Shown one piece after another: positions 57,601 through 64,000 of a stretch of DNA of 64,000 nt. Position 1 is the first letter of the stretch, and every line of letters starts with the position of its first letter. The translations under genes were made by a program, and so were the position numbers. The stretch covers positions 1,888,001-1,952,000 of the forward strand of contig OZ244720.1 of the NCBI GenBank assembly GCA_965219085.1, written 5' to 3'. Source of the DNA: Dehalococcoidia bacterium (lineage in GTDB: Bacteria; Chloroflexota; Dehalococcoidia; UBA2979). A model generated the notes under the pieces. That model saw only the letters and a list, made by a program, of their open reading frames with translations, had not been told where the DNA came from and ran no database searches.

Positions 57601-60459
57601 GACCGTCACCGCATGCGCGACCGTGTTCGCGCCGTCCGAGGCGCGCACCGTCACCGAGTACTCATTGTTCCCGCCCGCGTCCGTGGGGGACTCGAAATTC
57701 GGGGTCACGACGAGGCTGAGCACTCCGTTGCTGAATGTGAAGTCGTCGCGGTCCGTTCCCGCGAGCGTCTCCCAGATGACCGTGCCACCCTCGGGGTCCG
57801 TGGCGGTGTAGGTGGCGACCGTCTTTGTGTCGTTCTCGGCATAGGGAACGCTTGCGGGCCCGCTGATGACCGGGGGCTCGTTCACGTTCGTGACGGTGAC
57901 GGTCACGTCCAGCGCGCCCGTCAAGCCACCGTCGGAGGCGCGCAGCGTGACCTCGTACCGGTTGTCCCGGTTGGCGTCGGCCCGCGCGTCGAAGTCGGGC
58001 ACTGCCGTGAAGCTCAAGTCGCCGGCATCGGTTAACTCGAAGTGGCTGCGGTCGGGGCCGGAGAGGGTGCTCCAACTCGTCGTGGCTTCTTCCGGGTCCG
58101 TGGCACGGTAGCGCCCCACGTAGTCGGTGCTGTTCTCCTCGATGGTGACGTGGGCCTCGCCCGTCACCTCCGGGGCTTCGGGGACATCGGTGATGGTGAT
58201 AGTCACGTCGAGAGTGCCCGTCAGGCTGCCGTCGGAGGCGCGTAGCGTGATCTGGTACACGTTCTGACCTTCGTGGTCGGGCGCTGCCTTGAACGTGAGC
58301 ACGCCGCTCGCGCTGAGTTCGAAGGCGCCGCTGTCGGGTCCCGCGAGCGGCAGCCAGGTTACCGGGCCGCCCTCGGGGTCGGTGGCGCTGTAGTTGCCGA
58401 TATCATGCGTGCCACCCTCCTCGTAGTTCACGCTGGAGGGGCCGACGACGACCGGCGCCTCGTTTGGCGGAGTCTCATTCTTCACGGCTCTGTCCGTGAG
58501 CGCCGGTGCCTTGTGCCCGGTGCTCCTCTTGGCGTGCCGAATCGCATTCGTGCCGGGCGTGTAACTCACCGTCACCGCCTGACCCTCCATCACCGCCGAA
58601 GCCAGCGCGAGGGTCACTGAGTCTTCGTTGATCGCGACCGTGGAAACATCCCGCCCGGAGTCATCAACCTTCACCCGAAAGGAATCAGCCGGGGGCAGTA
58701 ACGCTTGGTCCAGACTCCCGACATACGAAAGCGTCAGGTCGGTGCCGTTCACTGTTGCATCCAGGAGGGTGGGCCGCCATCGCGGACGTGGCTCGGAAGC
58801 AGTCGCGGTGACCGACGACCACCGAATCTCCTGCCCTTTCTCTGGCATTGAGTCCAGAGCCGCCTGCAACGTTGTCCGGGCGGCGCTCGACTCCTCGTCG
58901 TCACCAGGCAGCGGTCGTAGTTCATGACGGTCTGCAGACACGTCAAAGAGCTCTCCCGGGCTGTAGAGCTTGTAGCGCTTGTCGCGCGCGTAGGACGACT
59001 CCGGGTGCGCAAAGGGCGAGTCGAATTCACTCACGTACGGCTGTGGGAAGTAGTAGGTGTATATCCAGTCGCGGGGCTGGCCGGGATTGCCTTGCAGCCT
59101 TTCCCAGAAGCTCACGCCGTCGAGCTCGTCACGGTTGGGGATTGTGAGGCCTGCCGCATCGGCCAGGGTCGGCAGGAAGTCGGTGAAGTCGATCAGGTCG
59201 TCGATGACCTGGCCACCCGCCGCCCCTGGAACCAACACGATCAGGGGTACGTGCGTCCCTCCGTCGGTTGGCATGCCCTTGTCCCCATGGATCGTCTCGC
59301 CATCGAGATGCGAAACTTTGGACGCCGGAGTCCCATTGTCGGAAGTGAACAGGAATACGGTGTTGTCGAGCAGCCCCAGGGCCTCAAGCTTGTCGTAGAC
59401 GCGCCCGACGTTGTAGTCGAGGTAGGCAACCATGTCCTCGAAGACGCACTGTGCGTCGTCGGCGTCGGCGCATTGCGCGATCGGGGGGAGGGAGTCAAAC
59501 GGATCGTGGGGAAGGAGCATCGAGTAGTAGGCGAAGAACGGCCTATTCCGGTTTGACTCGATAAAGTCCTGAAGGAAGCCCACCACTTCGTCTGGTCCGT
59601 AGTCGCTGCGGGCGTAATCGATGACCTGCCCGTCGCATTCGAATTTGGGCCTCCAGTAGCGCCTACTTGGGTTGTCCGAGTACCACAAACAGTACGTGTC
59701 GAATCCGGACTCGTCCGCCGCTACGCCGCTCAGGAAGTTGGTCCTCCCCTGCAGTTGCCACTTTCCGGCGATGGCGGTCGCGTATCCGGCGTCGCCAAAC
59801 AAGTCGGCGATCGTGTATTCGCCAGGGAGCAGCGTCCTCCTATCCACGTAGTTCCGGACATTGCTCATGCCCGTCATCAGGGCTACCCGGCTCGGGGTGG
59901 TGCCCGGCTTGGAGTAGGCGTGGGTGAAACGCACGCCGGCGGCGGCGATTCCGTCGAGCCGCGGCGTCCTGTACTGCGTGCTTCCATAGGCGCCGAATAG
60001 CTCGTATCCGCCCTCGTCCGCCACGATGAGAACAACGTTTGGGTCGTGGACGTCCGCTACGGTCACGGTGACTTCGATCGTGGCGCTGGCCCCGGCCGAA
60101 TCGGTGGCCCTCACGACCACGGTGTGCTCCGGCTTGCTCTCATGGTCCAGGGTGGTGTCGTTGGCCACCTGGAGTTGCCCGTCAGCGTTAATGCTGAAGG
60201 AGCCGCTGTCCGGCCCCTCAAGCGAGTAGGTGAGGGAAGTGTCCTCGACGTCCGTGGCTACGACCGGCTCGCCCACGACTGTACCAGCAGCTGAGTTCTC
60301 GGCGACTGAGCGGGTCGTCGCCATGGCGGTGAACGTCGGTGCCTGGTTCACCGGGGGCGTCTGGGCGTGAGCGGTTCGGGATACGGCGAGTAGGGCCGTG
60401 ACTAAGGCCAAAGCGTAGAGCCACGAGAGATTGGATGTGCGGGAGGGGCGCCTAGGCAT
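54697..60459 (-). CDS. G6: sulfatase-fold + SwmB-like + cadherin-repeat surface protein with C-terminal module
   Basis: ATG 60459 with signal (ALALVTALLAVSRTAHA); PNVVLIVAD, TPSRVALMTG, GKWQL, PHDP, FTSDNG; cadherin repeats; poly-Gly linker. Confidence 0.9.
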   Translation of the reverse strand: MPRRPSRTSNLSWLYALALVTALLAVSRTAHAQTPPVNQAPTFTAMATTRSVAENSAAGTVVGEPVVATDVEDTSLTYSLEGPDSGSFSINADGQLQVANDTTLDHESKPEHTVVVRATDSAGASATIEVTVTVADVHDPNVVLIVADEGGYELFGAYGSTQYRTPRLDGIAAAGVRFTHAYSKPGTTPSRVALMTGMSNVRNYVDRRTLLPGEYTIADLFGDAGYATAIAGKWQLQGRTNFLSGVAADESGFDTYCLWYSDNPSRRYWRPKFECDGQVIDYARSDYGPDEVVGFLQDFIESNRNRPFFAYYSMLLPHDPFDSLPPIAQCADADDAQCVFEDMVAYLDYNVGRVYDKLEALGLLDNTVFLFTSDNGTPASKVSHLDGETIHGDKGMPTDGGTHVPLIVLVPGAAGGQVIDDLIDFTDFLPTLADAAGLTIPNRDELDGVSFWERLQGNPGQPRDWIYTYYFPQPYVSEFDSPFAHPESSYARDKRYKLYSPGELFDVSADRHELRPLPGDDEESSAARTTLQAALDSMPEKGQEIRWSSVTATASEPRPRWRPTLLDATVNGTDLTLSYVGSLDQALLPPADSFRVKVDDSGRDVSTVAINEDSVTLALASAVMEGQAVTVSYTPGTNAIRHAKRSTGHKAPALTDRAVKNETPPNEAPVVVGPSSVNYEEGGTHDIGNYSATDPEGGPVTWLPLAGPDSGAFELSASGVLTFKAAPDHEGQNVYQITLRASDGSLTGTLDVTITITDVPEAPEVTGEAHVTIEENSTDYVGRYRATDPEEATTSWSTLSGPDRSHFELTDAGDLSFTAVPDFDARADANRDNRYEVTLRASDGGLTGALDVTVTVTNVNEPPVISGPASVPYAENDTKTVATYTATDPEGGTVIWETLAGTDRDDFTFSNGVLSLVVTPNFESPTDAGGNNEYSVTVRASDGANTVAHAVTVTVTNEEEPGTLRLSSEQPQVGAVLTASLTDPDGGITGRSWTWERSQNRSTWSAIGGAGTRSYAPVEADLNHYLRATASYGDGEGDGKSVREDSDHRTQEPPQTNSPPQFPGASTTRSVDENSAPGAAVGEPVTATDAGALTYALTAGDVDSFTVDGGSGQIRVREGTLLDFESGVAYSVTVTATDSSNVTDSIVVDITVTDVNEAPEAVDDTGATDEDEAVTIDVLTNDDDPENDDLTVSLRNWPGNGLATVETDDTISYTPKPNYHGADAFTYTVSDGMFSDEGTVSVTIRSVNDPPEFRAATAERSVSENAQPGANVGAPVTATDVDADTLAYRLTGAAAVDFEIEEHTGQVTVRPGTVLDAATRPTYTATVTADDQKGGAASTDLTITVTAGTAITTGGGGDPGGGGGGGGGGGGGGGGGPSGPSPSIVDFEWTVKRDIEALDSTHDSPTGAWSDGAVLWIAENGDGADDAIYAYDLQSGERIEEREFELDERNRAPRGVWSDRQVLWVSDSGQERLFAHDLETGERLPERDIELDDRNADPRGIWSDGETMWVLDGGKDSLFAYDLAGGEQLAEYALASANGDPHGLFFDGVTFWVSDHGEKRLFAYRLKAGEDGEDELDRNRDEEFPNTVLSRASNNSPRGIWSDGDVMYVADESDDKVYSYNMPDAIDARLASLTLSGVDFGEFDPGRIDYEGSAGEGVTETAVEASAVQRRAVVEIDPVDADGDEANGYQVALEGVGEITVTVTSADGSRRRSYRVVLGDPEREATPEPWTHCLRGAIAEGFSLVVYEGGSVEDLARCAESRDVAALYALHGGVHVSYILGAPEFVNRPFVELFADGVLPVTPLVAGSNGPPSTDPNLGDGALLPWPECLRGDIVEGFSLVIYEGGSVDTLVVCAQSSDITALYALHDGEFVAYILEAPDSVNGEFRELFADGLTSITPLIAKSTQPPMGDAGGDRAAGN

Positions 60460-60711
60460 GCGCCCGCCGGCGGGCGTGCCGTCCCCTGAGGCCACTGCGG
60501 CCATGAGATGAGCGCGTGGGGTGGTCCGCTTCGCCCGCACTGCGGCAGGAGAGTTCCCGAAGGGTGGGCCTAGGGTTGGGCATGACCGTGGTCCTCGCGG
60601 TGTTCTTGGGTAGGCGCGGGTTGCACGGTGGGCAGACCGCCGAACAGGCGAGACTGCCGCGCGTTGTTGCTGGTGCTGTCATTGGCCGACAAGAGCGTCG
60701 CTTGCAGCCGG

Positions 60712-61005
60712 ACTAACTCTTCGGGACGCCGAAGTGCTCTCCCACCTCCCAGGAGTGGACGAGTCCCTCGGCTTGGGCCTCTTCGGTGTCGATGAGCAAC
60801 GCATGGGCGAAGTCCTTTGCCACTCGTTCGTAACGCTCGGTGAGATCCGTGTGGGTTCGCAGCCGGAGTGTGTTTGCCTGGGTGGAGGAGCCCGTGGGCG
60901 ATGCCGTGGGCGATCACCCGCCGCTGCCACTCGGGATCCACCCGCTCGGCTACGAGCACAACACCAACTGCTTGAGCACCTTGGGCGGCCACGGACGCAC
61001 CTCGA
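60712..61005 (-). pseudogene. Decayed ImmA/IrrE-family metallopeptidase fragment
   Basis: WQRRVIAHGIAHGLLH (frameshift) YERVAKDFAHALLID...VGEHFGVP, resembling R.T.AHELGH..LH / E.EA..FA..LL / LA..FGV. Confidence 0.5.
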
Positions 61006-61014
61006 GCTGGACCT

Positions 61015-63994
61015 GTACACCACGTCGCTGCGGATGTAGCGCAGGTCGTAGCCGGTGATTGCCGATGCGCCAGCGTCACCGGGGGCGGACCACGCGACGG
61101 TGAGCGAGGTTGCGGCTGTTCCCACGGAGGTGATCGCCGGATGGCCGGGCGCGTACCCGTGCCCGTATACCGTGATCCTCCACTTCTTGAGCGTTCCCGA
61201 GGCTCCCCCCGCCAGTTGTTGATGCGCAACGTCCACTGCCCGGCGGGATCCTCGCCGAGGTGGCGGGCGGAGCCGAAACGGAACGGCTCTCGCAGGGGTC
61301 GGTACACGTAACCGAGTCGCGTTGGACGGGTCGTGAGGTGCGACACAGCCCCCGAGGGCGAAATCAGTTCGAACTCCAGGGTTCGGAAGCTGGTGTGGTC
61401 GATCGCGATGTCGACCGCGACGAACTCGACGAACCCCACGTGGCCGCCCTCGATGGACACCTGCGTGCTCGCCCGGGAGCTGATGGTGGTGGGGAGCGCC
61501 AGGTCGGCATCGTCGGACGTCACCATCACCGAACGCCAGGCCGGAGCGGTGGTCCAGCCGTCGGCCAGATCGACCGCAGCGCCGGCATCGACGGTGCCGA
61601 AGCCGTACCAGTGGTTGAACTGGTAGTAGTCCGTCGTCGAGCCGTACTGCAGCGCCCCTTGCTCCCAGCCCGAATCCGCTGCGCTGTCTTGCGCGCGGAG
61701 GCGGCGAGGATCAGCTTCACGTCCCGCCAGCTGAGATCGGGGTTGGCGGCGCGCATCAGCGCCACCACCCCGGACACGATCGGCGCGGAGGCGGACGTGC
61801 CGGTGAACGAACCCGTGTACCACCCCCTGTGGGTCGTCGCGATGCCCAGCGCGCCGTCGCCGCCGGGAGCGCAGACCCAGAGATTGGCGCCCCGCTCCGA
61901 GTACCAGGTGCGGACATCGCCGAGGGTGATGGCGCAGACGGCGACGACTCCATAGTGGTTCACGTATCCGTCGAGGTTCCCGTTGTCGTGCAGGCCCCCG
62001 TTGCCATTGGCCCAGACGTAGACGATTCCCTTCCCGCCGAAGCCCTGCGTGATGCCCGTCTCGATCGCCTGCTCCCAGATTCCAGAAACGGGGGAGGGAT
62101 GCCCGTTGTCGCCGGAGCCCCAGCTGTTATTGGACACAGCGGTGTCTGCCAGGTCACGAGTCATGGCGGGGGCTGCATAGAACTGGATGCCCGAGTGGTG
62201 CAGGATCGCGTTGTACCCGTAGATGCTGGCCCGGGGCGCGACTCCCCGCATGCCCTGGTCGTCGTCGCGGGCCGCGATCAGGCCGGCCACATTCGTCCCG
62301 TGCGTGGATTGGCCCGGGCGGAAGATGTCGTTGATTTGGTTCGTGTCGTGGTAGTCGTGGTTGCGATCGTGGCGCACGTTGGGGCTCAGGTCGGGGTGCC
62401 CGTGATTCATGCCCGTATCGACCACCGCCACGTTCACACCCGCACCCATCGTGGTCCCCCACGCCTCCAGCACGTTGCTGTCCTGGCCCGCCCCTCCGGG
62501 CCGCAGCGCGCCCGTGTTGTGCAGGTGCCACTGGCAACCGGCCAGGGGGTCGCTCATGGGCGATGTCACGGCGCTGCACTCCTCGTGGAACGCCTGCCGG
62601 TGGGTTTCAACCCCGGCCTGAAGGAAATACGCGCCGCCGGAGCCGGGCGCCCCGTCTTCGCTGATCCGGATGCTGTAGGTACCGGCGCTGAGAAAGGCCA
62701 GGCGAGAGACGGCCGTAAACCCACCCTCTAAGGAGGAGTAGGCGTACACCTCGTTCCCCTGATCATCGAGGATGTCCCCCGTGATTGACACCGAGGAGTC
62801 CGCGTACGCCCGCATCAGGAGCCACGTGTCCCCCTCCACCGTCAGGCGGAAGTAGTTCTGGCTGGTGCCGGCATCCACCCGTCCCGCCACAACCGACAGG
62901 AGACCGAGGGGCCGTGCCGTGGCGGCGCTGCCGCCCCTGTCGGGGACCTCCTCGAAGAAGAGCGTGTACGCCCCTGTTGCAGAGGAGGAGTACGCCCGCA
63001 CCTTGACGTAGTAGGTGCCCGCCGCCAGCTCGCGCCTGATCAGGAAGCTCTTCGTCAGTCCATGGATTTCGTTGTCGTCGCTCTCGTCGCCGATTTGATT
63101 GCCGTCCGAGTCCAGCAACGCACCGACCGTGTCCAGCCTGTCAGAGGAGGGGGCCGTGATCCAGACATCGGTGGTGCTGGCGAGCTCGAACGTGAAGTAG
63201 TTGACATCTCCCCCGTTTGCGATCCGCCCCGGCGCCGGCTCGCCCGACGCGACGGTTGTGGCGCTCTCCTGGGTCCCCCCGGGGGCCGGCGCTGGGCGAA
63301 TCTCGAGCGTGTACGGCCCACTCGCCTCCTCAAAGCCATCCACGCCGATGTAATACGTTCCGTGTTCAAGCTGCTGGCGGATGGCGAAGTTCAACCGGCC
63401 GGAGGGGTATCCGCCGTCGTCCCTGAACCTCGTCACGTTCGGGCCCACGAGTTCCCCGCGGGTGTCGAAGTCGCTCACGGTGTAGATCCAGAGATCGACC
63501 TGCTCGGAGAGGACAAGCTGGAAAACATCCCAGTCGTCCGTGCCGTCGATGCGCGCTTCGATGGAGGAGTCCAGCGCGACGACCGTTGCGGCCGACGCCC
63601 TGTCGCCGTGATCCGTCGTCGTTTGAGCGAAGGTGTCCGACCAGGGGCCTGCACCGATGGCGTTGACCGCACGCACCTGCACGTCGTACCCCGTGCTGTC
63701 CCGCAGGCCGCTGACCGTGTGCTGGAGTGAGGTCAGGCTGCTCACACCGGTCTCGACCTCCCAGTTCGCGTCCGCCGTGTCGGCCGCATCACTCAGGATG
63801 TAGCGAAGGTCATAGGAGGTGAGCGCCTCCCCGCCCGTGTCGGAGGGCGCGGTCCAGGCGACCGTGAGGGTGGAAGCGCCGGCGGTCACCGAGCTGATTG
63901 CCGGGGCCGCCGGTGCGGTCTGGCCCCGCACCCGTTCCGCCGCCACACCGAGTGCGAGCAGGGTGCAGACCGCGAGCAGGGCTGCTCGCTTCAC
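61015..63994 (-). pseudogene. G7: FN3-PPC-S8 protease-P domain surface protein, paralog of the G5 N-half; two frameshifts and 3' truncation
   Basis: Signal MKRAALLAVCTLLALGVAA; VDTG, THGT, GTSASAP; G5-homologous sequence continues in ORFs 60570..61823 and 60679..61236 (shifts near 61688 and 61215) and stops after GYDLRYIRSD. Confidence 0.82.
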
Positions 63995-64000
63995 CGCAGG

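Noticed and set aside
1-64000. CRISPR array, integron attC array, DGR, tRNA/rRNA
   Set aside because: No regularly spaced short repeats with unique spacers, no attC-like sites or integrase, no reverse transcriptase or adenine-specific TR/VR pair, and no recognisable structural RNA genes.

Overview
High-GC bacterial DNA; the protein repertoire suggests a Chloroflexota/Dehalococcoidia-like, possibly host-associated organism (inference only). The window is an accessory island dominated by seven co-oriented minus-strand giant secreted/surface-protein genes (G1-G7, about 1000-3600 aa) plus the 3' stub of an eighth. They are mosaics of shared modules: FN3, cadherin/Ig-like, WSDG beta-propeller, PPC, RCC1-like, S8 protease+P domain, Spondin_N, PQQ sugar dehydrogenase and a sulfatase fold. 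Hidden non-coding structure links them. (i) Five copies of a conserved ~200-bp divergent promoter with TGGTGGC 11-bp-period repeats, one copy facing a soluble GAF-PAS-kinase-receiver-wHTH regulator. (ii) Two G14 tracts in matching context in gene leaders. (iii) A shared C-terminal module on G4-G6. (iv) Three giant-gene stop codons each joined to a different allele of the same helicase 3' fragment at almost the same point. A gap-free 7.3-kb stack of six IS/MITE elements lies between G5 and G6. It includes an IS110/IS1111 element whose non-coding end contains sequences matching its reconstructed target (bridge/seek-RNA-like). Several single-base indels may be assembly errors. All calls are by eye; no searches were run.
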